This document shows, one piece after another, positions 12,517-24,035 of a stretch of DNA of 64,000 bases. A program made the position numbers and the translations under genes. Numbering within the stretch: position 1 is the stretch's first letter; every line of letters starts with the position of its first letter. The notes beneath the pieces are model-generated. The model was not told the DNA's origin and searched no databases. It saw only the letters and a list, made by a program, of their open reading frames with translations. Origin of the DNA: Rhizodiscina lignyota (Eukaryota); assembly GCA_010015805.1 (NCBI GenBank), contig ML978125.1, positions 1,426,001-1,490,000 of the forward strand. Direction: 5' to 3'.

Positions 12517-14166
12517 AGATCTCGATTGCTATCTGTGTGGCTCATGGTTATCATACTGATCAGCCGATTTTCATTGATGATATGGATTTTATTGATACAA
12601 CGATAGCTTTAGACGAGAGTGTCAGTCCAATTATTGAACCAAAGTCTCATATCTGCTTGTAAGGTTACCTCTCCCTTTTATGTGTGGATGTACCAACAAG
12701 TGCTGCAACAACCTCTGACACCCGATATCGCGTGCATTTTAAGCTCTACGTCCAATTTAAGCTTCTATACGGAGGAGAGCGCCACATTCTTGGCGCCTGG
12801 GTTACGGGTATATATACTCACCAATCTTCCTGCTCAATCCTTCTTTCTTTCTCTCCAGTTCACTTCATCTGCCTTTGCTTGCAAGCACCTTATAAATCAA
12901 TTGAAGTTCTATTCTTAAGAGGTCCTCGCTTTCTCTCTCTTTGGCTTCCCTCTTGTTGGTGTCTTTTGTACACCACACCCTCTTGTCGTGGCAGAATAAC
13001 AATGCTCCTGTTATTAGATTCCCTTCTCTCCCCTTTGTCTTTTTCCAGCTCTTCATCTGCCTTGTGTAGGTGGTTGTGGGAGAAAGATGAGGATCTTCCT
13101 TGCTTGGTTGTGTTAAAGGTGAGCTACAGTGGAAGAATGGAATTGCAGAGCGGCAAGGATGGGCTGACTTGTCTGTCAGTGTGCCGACAAAATGCTTGCC
13201 TCCCGACCAGTGGTGAATACTGTTGCCCTTGGGTAGTCCTGAACGTTCAATAGCTGTAGTTCGTGGCAGTGCAACAGAGCAGAATTGGGTAATTATTTGA
13301 GCTCCTGTTGTTTCACACGGATTAACAGTAGACTGACACCAGTACTCACTAATTCTTTGAGGAGAGCTGTTGAACTTTTTATGGTACCAATGCCTGTTAT
13401 TGCCGGAATGCAAGTGCGGTCAATGCTGACTTCAAATGATCGCTTTTGAGATCGCTTTTGAAGAAAGATATGTGATTTGGCATTAAGCCTTGACATATTA
13501 TATCATAAATAGTTTAGCGCATCATTTTTAGTGGCCTATCGTACCTTAAATTGAAAAACGAATAGCATCATATGGCTTCGTCGTAAAATTGCTTGGTCGA
13601 ACAGCAGCTGTCCGCCAATCGCGCATAATATATCCTGTTCTTATTCACGTCCTCGGCAGGTGAGGAGAGCTAGCTGAGAGGCCATGATTGTGGCACCTTT
13701 CTTGGCCGACAGACTAACCATTTGCGTCGAGATATGGGGAATACAGGGATCAAAAGTCTAGCCTACAGGAGAATTGTTTGCGAGACGTGGCCTCTCAAAC
13801 CTACGATTCATCTTTATCATGGCTGCACAACATGCGGGAGGACAAGTTTCTGGTTGCTCTGATTTGCCTAGCTGAAACGGCCGCAGGGCGAACATTCGGC
13901 CGTAGGCATTGTCCAATCCCGAGGAAAGAAGAACTAGCCAACCAAGAAAACATCGAAAGACTGTTGCCTTAGGAGCGAAGTGGACGATGGCTTGCATTGA
14001 CAATCCTTAGCTCCTTCACAACGAGTAATGAGTCGATATCAAACCTAGCGACGTGTCCTCTCAGCCATCTTAAACGCAGCTGTCCAGCTCTTGATTCACA
14101 TCCTATCTTTAACGTGCTTGACCTCAGTTCCTCCGCTTTCAGTCCTTCAACTCCATGTGAACCAAA

Positions 14167-15765
14167 ATGGCGCTTTCCTTGACTTCAATCGTCGCCGTGC
14201 TTGCGATCTTCTATTTCATCTACAGCTATATCAACTCTGCCATTGCTGAACGCAAGTTCCAAAAGTTTGCTCGAGACAATGGCTGCAGCGCTCCATTCAT
14301 TTCGGCGAACAAATTGCCCTGGGGAATAGATCGCTTGTGGATTATTTTGCGCGCTCAATCCACGGGATTGGATGTCTTGGATGACCTCATTTATAAGGGA
14401 CAAGCCGCTGTGAAATGGACAAACGAAGGAAGCGGCATATTCGGGAGAAAGGGCCTCAGCACGTCCGAGCCAAAGAACCTCCAAGCAGTTCTTGCAACAA
14501 AGTTCAAGGACTTCGAGCAAGGAGAGCTTCGCCACAAGCAGTTTGGAGCTCTGCTCGGTGTGAATGTCTTCAATTCTGATGGTCCATTCTGGGAACACTC
14601 TCGTGCTATGATTCGCCCGCAGTTCTCGAGAGATCAGATCAACGATCTTGACGACACTGAACACTCGACACAGCTATTCGTACAAGCGATTCCAATTGGT
14701 GCGGATGGCTGGGGCGAACTCGATATCGGGCCATTGTTCTACAGATTCACGCTTGATACAGCTACAGCCTTCCTCTTTGGCAGCAGCGTCGACTCTCTCA
14801 AAGCAGCGCTTCCCGGAGTAGATGTCAAACAGCTCCGCAACGAAGCTGAGCGTTTCGCGCAGGAAAGAAGCAAGGCCGACGTCAACTTCTCCGAAGCTGT
14901 ATCTCTAGCGCAAACGTTTCTCGCCAATCGGATCAGACTACAAGGGCTATACTGGTTGGCTGATACTCCCGCCTTTCGCCGTTCCGTTGCATACATTCGA
15001 AACTTCACCGGCTATTATGTGCAGATGGCTCTGAATGCCACCGGTGGCGATGCGGAGAAGGGCTACAATACCTCCAAGAAGTACAACCTCATGACCGCAC
15101 TTGCGAGCGAGTGCAGAGATGAGGTGGAGCTGCGAGATCAAATCCTCGCTCTGCTCTTCGCAGGCAGAGACACGACCAGTGCGCTTCTCAGCTGGGTCTT
15201 CCTTGAAATTGCCCAGCGTCCAGATGTGCAGCAGAAGCTCCGCCAAGCGGTCCAAGATGACTTTGGTAACGACGCACAAAAGCTCAACTTCGCTACGCTG
15301 AAGTCGTGCAAATATCTCCAACACGTCCTCAACGAAACACTCCGATACTGGCCCACTGTACCAGTGAACAACCGCACCGCCGTCCGCGACACCGTCCTCC
15401 CAGTCGGCGGAGGCCCGAACCGCGACCAACCCGTCGCCGTCCGAAAAGGCCAGCTTGTCAACATGATGATGTATGCGATGCATCGTCGCAAGGATATCTG
15501 GGGTGAAGATGCGCTGGAGTTTAAACCCGAGAGGTGGGAGAGCAGGAAGTTGGACTGGGCATTTGTACCGTTCAGCGGCGGGCCAAGAATCTGTTTAGGA
15601 CAACAGTTTGCCCTGACTGAAGCGGCGTATTTGACTGTGAGGATACTACAGACATTTGATAAGATTGAGTGGGCAGGTCCGGCTGGCAAGCCGAGGAAAG
15701 GGTTGGGGCTTACGCTGTTCCCAAGAGATGGCGTTCGTGTGAGGGTGAGGAAGGCTGTACGCTGA
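14167..15765 (+). CDS. Cytochrome P450, CYP52-clan-like (alkane/fatty-acid hydroxylase type), intronless, 532 aa
   Basis: N-terminal TM anchor, AGRDTT, ETLR, PERW, FSGGPRICLGQQFAL. Confidence 0.93.
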   Translation: MALSLTSIVAVLAIFYFIYSYINSAIAERKFQKFARDNGCSAPFISANKLPWGIDRLWIILRAQSTGLDVLDDLIYKGQAAVKWTNEGSGIFGRKGLSTSEPKNLQAVLATKFKDFEQGELRHKQFGALLGVNVFNSDGPFWEHSRAMIRPQFSRDQINDLDDTEHSTQLFVQAIPIGADGWGELDIGPLFYRFTLDTATAFLFGSSVDSLKAALPGVDVKQLRNEAERFAQERSKADVNFSEAVSLAQTFLANRIRLQGLYWLADTPAFRRSVAYIRNFTGYYVQMALNATGGDAEKGYNTSKKYNLMTALASECRDEVELRDQILALLFAGRDTTSALLSWVFLEIAQRPDVQQKLRQAVQDDFGNDAQKLNFATLKSCKYLQHVLNETLRYWPTVPVNNRTAVRDTVLPVGGGPNRDQPVAVRKGQLVNMMMYAMHRRKDIWGEDALEFKPERWESRKLDWAFVPFSGGPRICLGQQFALTEAAYLTVRILQTFDKIEWAGPAGKPRKGLGLTLFPRDGVRVRVRKAVR

Positions 15766-17328
15766 AAATAAGATGGAATCACGGTTTAATGATTACGCTG
15801 TGGTATGGAGTTCCGGTCGGCCCCTGAGTAACCGCACTCCGCTCTTGCTACGATGGCAATTTCTTTTGGTGCGAGATCAGTTTTGAGGAATCTTCAAATG
15901 CTTGATTGGGACAGGGCCATATAGCACTATGTTATCTACGTACAGCCTCTGATATCTGTATACTAAGATGAAGTCTCTCATCACCCTGATTATCGGTTTA
16001 TTAATGCAACTCTTCAATTTCCACTCTCTTCATTAACCGCGTGAGCCCCATGAGATGATAACAGGCAAGGAAACTTGAAGCGTCTCTTATATATCGTCCC
16101 TCCAGTGACTAGCTCGTATCCGTATTGTATCATACCGACGCCATGCATAGACGCCGCCGAATTGGGAGAGATGATGTGCGAGTTATGGGTAACGTCCATT
16201 CGGCCACCCCGACAGGTAGATTCGAAGGTGATAAAAAGGTTAACGTGAGCGTCTCGAGTCCTTTCATGACAGGCCAAAGCACCTCTGAAGTTTGTGAATA
16301 TTTACTCTTCTACTTTGGTTTGCCAGCCAACTTCGGCGTTGATTGAGTATATAGGCTATCAGTCAATAAAGAGTATTCGTCCTGATAGTTCAGCATCTTG
16401 GAGCGCCTTTGTCATAATCCGTGATGATTACCACGTAACCACCCAATATGTTTCGAGCATTTCCTTCAGCGGCCTTTGGATCCAAGCTGCCAAACTCCTC
16501 TGAACTGGGAAGAGCGCTCACTCTGCTTGTTCGTCGCGTGTGGTCGTGAAGGGTTGCTGCTCAAGCCACTATTCTCCGCCATCGAAGAGGAGTGGATTAG
16601 AGAGATAGCTCGAGAAATGACGAACTTGGAGATGGTTGGGCTGCTCTAACTGACACCGTGGCAGATTGTTGTTCTGTTTGGCGCATCTCAAGCCGCTGTC
16701 TGAGTGAAGCGCTGCAGAACAACGACACTGCTTTGTGAATGAAACTCTGACCAAATTGGGAAAACCAGACATGTCGTTTAGAATTGCCACATTCAAGCTG
16801 GGACTGAAGCATTGACTTTCTTCTCCGCGGCAAACCGAGGAAGTCCATGGGAGCTCGGTTGCCTTCGCTCTTCCCATTGACCAGTGGCCGACAAAAGCCG
16901 CCTGTTGACGTAGCATTCACAACGTACCCGGCAGCAGAACACGAAAGTGGCTCACTTCAGCGCGTGTTGTTAGCGCTTTGACCCGCTCTTTGTGACTCTG
17001 TGACCACATTTAAGCTTTTTTCGCCAGCCTCCTCAATGCCTTCGTGGCCCAACACATCGTGACGTCGACAATCAAAGCCTGGCGCCTCGGGGTATATAAG
17101 CTTCCATTCTTTCATCTTCCTTCTTCCTTTCTATTCTCTTTCAACAACTTCCTTCATCGACGTTGTGGAGTCCAGCAACGCTGCCGACCGTGTCATTCGA
17201 CAAGGTCAAGCAGCATCTGCTGTATCCTGACCCCACGGCTTCGATGACAATCTGGCAGCAAAACGCGTCACTCGATCGAATTCAGCGCGTCGCTTCGGCG
17301 ACCATCAAACACCTTCGCCTTGGGCTTC

Positions 17329-18101
17329 TCGCCCAAGGGTTTCACTCCGACAACGGTACGTCAAGGTCGTTCTCTTCCTTCTCTTTTCACTCTGTTGCGA
17401 ATGATGACCATATATGACAAAGAGAGCTAGTTGCAGGCTTTCAGCTTCGGGTTGCAGCCACGAAGTGTCACTTCTGGCGTGTTAGTGATCTGTAAAGAGC
17501 CACAAACCCCGAATTGGCACTTCTGGCTTGCACTGCCCGCTGATTGTCGATGACATGCCCAGAGGAGCACCCTCAGTCTGACTTGCACTTGTTGACTTCT
17601 CATTCAATCAACGTTCTTCCTGAGTTCAATGGCTGACATCACCGACGTGACAGAAACACATCCCCATGGATAATCTTCAAACTCGGAAGCTGTCTTAGGC
17701 TCATCGCCCAAGAGTTTCACTCTGACAATGGTACGTTAAGGTCGCTCTCCTTTTCCTCTTTCCACTCAGTTGCCCATGATGACCATATGACAAAGAGAAC
17801 TAAGTTGCAGGCTTTCAATTTCGGGTTGCAGCAGCCAAGCCAGCGACGAGGCGTCACTTTTTGGTGTGTTAGTGATCACTCCCTTGGAGAGAGCCACAAA
17901 CCCCGAAGTGCCACTTCTGGTCTGGTGCGGTCGCAATCCGGGATTGATTGCCGATGAAATGTCCAGAGGAACACCCTCAGTCTGACCCGCATTCGTTGAC
18001 TTCTCATTCAATCAAAGTTCTCGTTGAGTTCAATGGCTAACATTATCAATGCGACAGGACACGTCTCCATGGACAGTCTTCAAACTCGGAGGAAGCTGTC
18101 T
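17329..18101. repeat. Diverged tandem duplication, about 370-400 bp unit (17329-17695 and 17704-18101)
   Basis: Collinear similarity from TCGCCCAAG.GTTTCACTC through TCTTCAAACTCGGA..AGCTGTCT in both copies. Confidence 0.9.
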
Positions 18102-18288
18102 CGCCATCTGTTTTGACATTCATCTCCGTGCTTGGTACTGACGTTGCTCGGTAAGTCTGTCTTCTCTTTCTGCTCATGTTGTTATTGCGCAAGGATGAAA
18201 ATAGACCAAAAGGCAAAGTTGCAGTGGTTTATTGGGGTGAGGACTGACCTTTGGGGTTAATTGACGCAGCAGCCTGGCCATTCTGACG

Positions 18289-18783
18289 TGTGGTTCATCT
18301 TATGCTTGAACCCCGCCTTTCTGGTGCTTGTGGTTCATCTTATGCTTGAACCCCGTCTTTCTGGTGCTTGTGGTTGCTGGTTAAGATTCCTTGGGGGACA
18401 GTTTCGCTGCTTCGCAGCCCTCGGCTCAAAAAAACCACGATGATCAATACCAAATGAGAGACGTACCTGAGCTCACAATCATGCACCTTCTCAATCAGCA
18501 AAGTCGATAAGGGTTCACTGCTGACATGTTTGAAACTCCAGGCTCCTTGTCGGGCAAACCCCGACCAGATATGGCCCCGCTACGAATTCTCTCTCTTGGC
18601 CGTTGCTTGGTAAGTTCGAATTCTTTCTTTCACCTGATCGCTTCCCCGATGATTAAACAAAAACGGACTGTATGTGGTGCATTGCAGGGATATCAATGGA
18701 CTGTTTTGGACCCGGTTTACTCAGTAGCCCGGCCATTCTGGCGTGTGGTTCATCTTATGCTTGAACCCAGTCTTTCTGGTGCC
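18289..18783. repeat. 40-bp repeat: tandem copies at 18289 and 18329, third copy at about 18744
   Basis: TGTGGTTCATCTTATGCTTGAACCC.G.CTTTCTGGTGC occurs three times. Confidence 0.9.
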
Positions 18784-20285
18784 TAAGGTTTCTGGTGAGC
18801 CGACCTTCAGAACATGGTATTCCTGACTCTGCAAACAAGCCACGGTGCCAGAACCAAATCAGAGATTAAATCTGACTGGGGACATTTCCTTTCCAACTCT
18901 TGTTATGGACACAGACTATTCGCGTTCGAACGCTAACTCATTGGCGATGCCAGGAAACTCCTCCACCGATCATCTCTCCGCATCGCCGAAGGGCTACATC
19001 TCTTTATCCACAAGCATTCGAGGCTCGCCAGAGCCTTACGATCGCAAAGGAAGAAATGGTTTTGGGATCTCAGCACAAGGAGCTGGGATGCGGTCTGAGG
19101 CAATGGTGTGGGATGGTATTCCAACCGAACAGCGCAAGGAGCAGCATTAAGTAGCTTATCACAAATAAAAGTATACATGAGTTCAACTACGTGCCATCTC
19201 TGATGATTTGTGGCGTTGGATATTCAATGATTAAAGACAGTCTTCATGCTTTCGGGGGTGGAGGTTTGAAGAAGGTTCGCTCGGAAAATCTTGGCGCCTA
19301 TTCTTCCTTTCCCTCCCAATCAGCTGGGGCCATGTCAAAGCCCTCAAAAAAAGACACTTATTTGTCCTCTTTCTACTTACTATGGCCTGTATAGACTCGG
19401 TATTTGCCTCTATTTTAATTCATTACTTACATATAGTAGACTGCCGTGCGGTTGGACCCTGGCGGAACCTTCCAAGGCTGGCTCAGCAAGCGCGAGGGAC
19501 AGGACAGTGATTTGCGATTGCGTCACGCCACCAGGGGAACAACCAACTTCCAAACTGCTTTGCGCATGCTCAATTCAACATCTACCAGACTTACTGTGGA
19601 TCCAATGTTGGAAGCGCATCAGGCTTTCCGAGGCAGGATGCGCCAGCGCATCCAAAGGACCGGAGCCATGACGTACAATGCTTTGCCTCCACGACCTCCA
19701 CGACCTCCACGGAGCTCGCTCCGGAAACAGCTCCACGACTTCATGGTACCTTCCAAGTATCCATCGCCTCAATACATTACAGCACCAAAAGCCGGTAGGC
19801 ATACACGTGTCCCCATGGGTAAATCATGAGGAATTAAGGGCGCGCCCGTCGAATGAGACCATGTTTCAGCAACCGGGCCGCCGATCGAAAATGCGGCTTC
19901 ACGACCCTCACGCGACTTCATTCGTCCGGATGCGAAATGGCCACAATGCACAACTGTTGCGGTTAAGAGTGCCGCGACGATCATCCACAGGACGCAGGTG
20001 CAAGTCCGCGCCTTGAAGCTTGATTCAAGTGCTTGTGTGGTTGGTGGCTGCCTGGAGTTGAGCTTGTTCCTGTTTGAGTTATTCCCAGGCTTGCGTCATG
20101 CTCGCCATGCGCGAAACGTCCTACAAGACACAATGCATTGATGGTGGCGTATATAAGAGTCTGGGAGGTAGGTCGTACAAGCTCCACACGATTCTTATGC
20201 TCAATTCGATTTTCCAAAAGATTAAGAATTTTTTCACGTCTCTATTTTAGTCAAAAACAAGTCTCGAAAGCAATATCCCATCAAA

Positions 20286-21799
20286 ATGACTAGCAACCTC
20301 ACCCGCGTCTCGTTGGTTCGCAATACGAAGTACAAGGCATCGGGCATGAAGTCCTATGTCTCTGCTTTGCGAAAATGTGAGACTCATCGGACGAGAATTC
20401 GAAACTCATAAACTATGTATCTGACACAACGCAGTCGGCATCGGCCCAACTCTAGAGGGCCCGTACTTTGCTGGCAGCAAGCTAGCCCAGCAAGGCAAGT
20501 TCGGCAAAGTCGGTGGGAAGGCATCTGTCCAGCAGCATGTCCTGCAAAAGCGAACCGGCACTGGCGACCAGGCAACGACTGGTGAGGTCCCGGCGGAGGA
20601 CCAGCAGAATGATTCCCAGTACTTGGCCCAAGTCTCCATTGGCACACCAGGCCAGAACATGATGCTTGACTTTGACTCTGGTTCTGCTGACCTCTGGGTA
20701 CGCCCCATGCTCCATTTTCGTTGAGGTATGAAAGGCTCACCGAATACAGGTGTGGTCCACGTCGCTTCCCTCGCAGACGCAGTCTCAAGGCACCTCGAGC
20801 GGCCACCATATCTTCGATCCATCCAAGTCCTCAACCTGGAAGGAGTCCTCTGGCAGCACATGGAAGATTGAATACGGCGACCAGTCCTCCGCTTCCGGGA
20901 CCGTCGGCACTGACAATCTTACCATTGGTGGCCTGACAGTACAGAATCAAGCCATTGAGCTCGCAGACACTCTATCGCAGCAGTTTGTTACCGGCGCTGG
21001 TGACGGCCTCCTGGGCTTGGCATGGGGCAATATCAACACCGTCCAGCCTACGGCCGTGGCTACGCCAGTTATGAACATGATCTCCCAGCAGGACATTCCA
21101 CAGAGCTCAGAGCTGTTCACGGCATACCTCGGGAGCTGGCGTGATACTAATGACGCAGACAAGGGCGAGAGCTTCTACACCTTTGGCTACATTGACCAGG
21201 ATGTGCTCAAGGCTGCAAACGTCACCGAACCGACCTATACACCCGTCGACAACTCTCAAGGATTCTGGATGTTCGACTCGACATCCGCCTCCGTGAATGG
21301 CACGACGATCCAGCGCTCTGGTAACACCGCGATCGCGGACACTGGCACTACTCTTTGCCTTGTTGACGACAACACATGCAAGTCCATCTACGATGCTATT
21401 CCGGGAAGCAAGTATGACTCGACGCAGCAGGGCTACACCTTCCCAGCGAACACAAGCGCAGACCAGCTGCCGACGGTGACGTTTGCCGTCGGAGACACGC
21501 AATTCACAGTCCAGAAAGAGGACCTTGGCTTCGCCGATGCTGGTAGTGGTATGACGTACGGAGGAATCCAGAGCCGTGGTGACCAAAACTTTGACATTTT
21601 TGGCGATACCTTCCTCAAGAGTATCTATGCTGTGAGTGCTTTTTGCGCCGCGATTGACGCATACAAGACCGCTGACCTTTCGACGCAGATTTTTGATCAA
21701 GGCAACAAGAGATTTGGTGCCGTGCAGAGGACGGAAGCGACGCAGAATGTCGGAAACCCGCCGGCAAGCGGAGCTACTGGAACTGGATCCTCCTTGTAA
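20286..21799 (+). CDS. Pepsin-family (A1) aspartic protease, aspergillopepsin-like; introns 20377-20434, 20698-20749, 21632-21688
   Basis: Catalytic [12 protein letters not shown] and [21 protein letters not shown]. Confidence 0.93.
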
Positions 21800-22374
21800 G
21801 CGAGAGGAGACATTTAACAGTGGAAACAAGCAAGAATGAGACACGATGAGATGCATAGCGTATTGGACGGAAGAATGATCTGTCAATTGCGTAACAGGTA
21901 ATATAGGCGCACTTGCGGATGGTATTGGTCTTGTATACTAATGATATACTTGTACATCAACATTGGTGTGGGAGTCTTTTAAATATTAAAAAATGCAGAG
22001 TATCATAATACCATCACTTGCCCATTAACTTATCCAATGAAAAATGGTATCAAGCTCTCCGTTACATGAAAAAGAGATATTACTCCGTATGTAGGTCCCA
22101 CAATTAAGATCACCCCCAGATTACTATATTTGGGCAGAGCCGTGGCTTCACACTAGCAGGGAGCGGCCGCCGAACCGACGTGTCCAGCCAGCCACCGATT
22201 ATTATTTTATTCCAAACAACGCAGCCTTGCGGCTCTTTTGTCTATCCTTTCAAATATCCTCATGACGCGTTTATCGCCTTCGCATTTGCATCTACAATTA
22301 CTCCGATGCGATGCTTGCCTTTCGCCACTTTCTCATTCAACAAGTCGCCTTCTACCGATACCGAGAAGGCGACG

Positions 22375-24005
22375 ATGCAAACAACGTCCGAAAAGTCCGA
22401 TGCGATCTCAACTGTAAAGCTAAAGGATAAGGCTGGAAGTAAGAACGAAGAGAAGCACGCCACCCCAGGCGTGTCATACTACAGCTTCGAAACAAGTGCT
22501 AAGCAAATCCACGTAAGGATGTCTCTTTATGTTCAGGTGTCCATCCGATCCTGACCTTACGATCAGAGTCGGCGTGGGAAGATCCTCACTCCTGCAAAGA
22601 GTTGGACGAATCTCGACTCCGAGAGAGATGCAGAAAAGTTCGTTAGGACCACGCCGATTAGGAATGCCACGCAAAACTTTGCTCAGAGCCGCTTTCGAAT
22701 ACTTGTTGTTCGGTATTCCGACCATGAGCTCCTGTACGCTCAGAAATCACTACTCGAGGCTGCAAAAGCCGCGGGTTGGATCAGCAACGTTTTCGAAACC
22801 TTCATTGCGAATCACACAGTTGGATCGGCGGTTAGAGATTCCAAGAACGGCATGAGTTTCATGATTCAAACGCCTCACGACGATATATTCCCGTTCTTCT
22901 CGCTGTCTCTTGCGTCGCATCATGGTTACGGTTACGAGAACGCACCGGACTGGACTGCGCTTGTTTTCATAGGCTCTTACCAGTCATCTGATTCTAAGCA
23001 CGAGCTTGACATAGATGTCGTTTCGAGCTTGCTCAATTACTGGACGTACCCGATCGATTATCCGCCATCTTTAAGTCCCGACTTCATGATACTTCCCGTA
23101 GCCATGATGCGCTACCAGGTCAATGAAATCGCTACAGGGGTCGCAAAAATGAGGAAAGAAATTCTGAATGTGGACGACAAACTACTGAACTCGAAAATGC
23201 ACATAATGAAGCGCATGGGGCAGGTAAAAGCACAGTTATTCAGATTGAGACGGATGCAAGGATCTTTGCACCAACGATACCTCTTCGCCAAGGAGCTCGC
23301 CACCAATCTGGAGAAGGCCTTTGAGACGCTGAGGAAGAGGGGTATAAATGAACCGGGGGAGCCTTCGATTAAGTATTCTGGGACATTAACAGAGGCGGTG
23401 CAGGCGCATTCTTTCATTTTGGAGACCCTCAAGCATGAAGTTACGGGAGCATCGCCGCGGATCGAATCGCAGCAGACCACGGTGAGCACGAGCGCGTTCA
23501 GGTGGTAATATCCACTCGAGCAAGAGTAGGCTAATTTGTTTTGGGTAATAGTTAGACGGCGAAACAAACATCATAGTACAATTACACCTCTTTGAATTGT
23601 AGTGCAGCTGTCATTGACGTATGCATAGATAGCAAACAACTCCTATCTGGCAGCTGAGGAAGCACGTCGAGACTCCGCCTCCATGAAGACGATTGCTGTA
23701 GTCACGCTCGTGTTTTTACCGGGAACTTTCGTCGCAGTATGCATCCTCGTTCTCCCGCAGGCCGTGACAAGCTAACAATAACTCTCTAGGCTATATTCAG
23801 CATGTCAATGTTCCAGTGGATATCACAAGGTGGCGGTTCCGACAGCAGCCAAGTCTTATCTGGGTGGTTCTGGCTTTATTGGGCCGTTACGGTTCCACTG
23901 ACGGTTGTGATATTGATAGTTTGGATCATATGGTACAGGTGGACAGATAAAAGGTACAAAGTGAGAAGAGATGGAGGGTTGGACGAGGAAAGTAAAGTCG
24001 AATGA
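22375..24005 (+). CDS. Protein with coiled-coil and C-terminal CorA-like two-TM domain; introns about 22513-22566, 23482-23551, 23576-23628, 23737-23789; 24-nt microexon; start could be 22306
   Basis: Spliced C-terminus RRDSASMKTIAVVTLVFLPGTFVA|AIFSMSMF...FWLYWAVTVPLT, typical of fungal CorA-like TM modules. Confidence 0.8.
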
Positions 24006-24035
24006 AGCCTGCAGTAGTCTTCCGGGTGATTTTGT

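Noticed and set aside
12600..13560. AT-richer stretch with 182-189 aa ORFs, possible transposon relic
   Set aside because: No recognisable transposase or RT motif and no terminal repeats; cannot be supported by eye
18845..19830. Short ORFs (101-127 aa)
   Set aside because: No recognisable domain or coherent gene model
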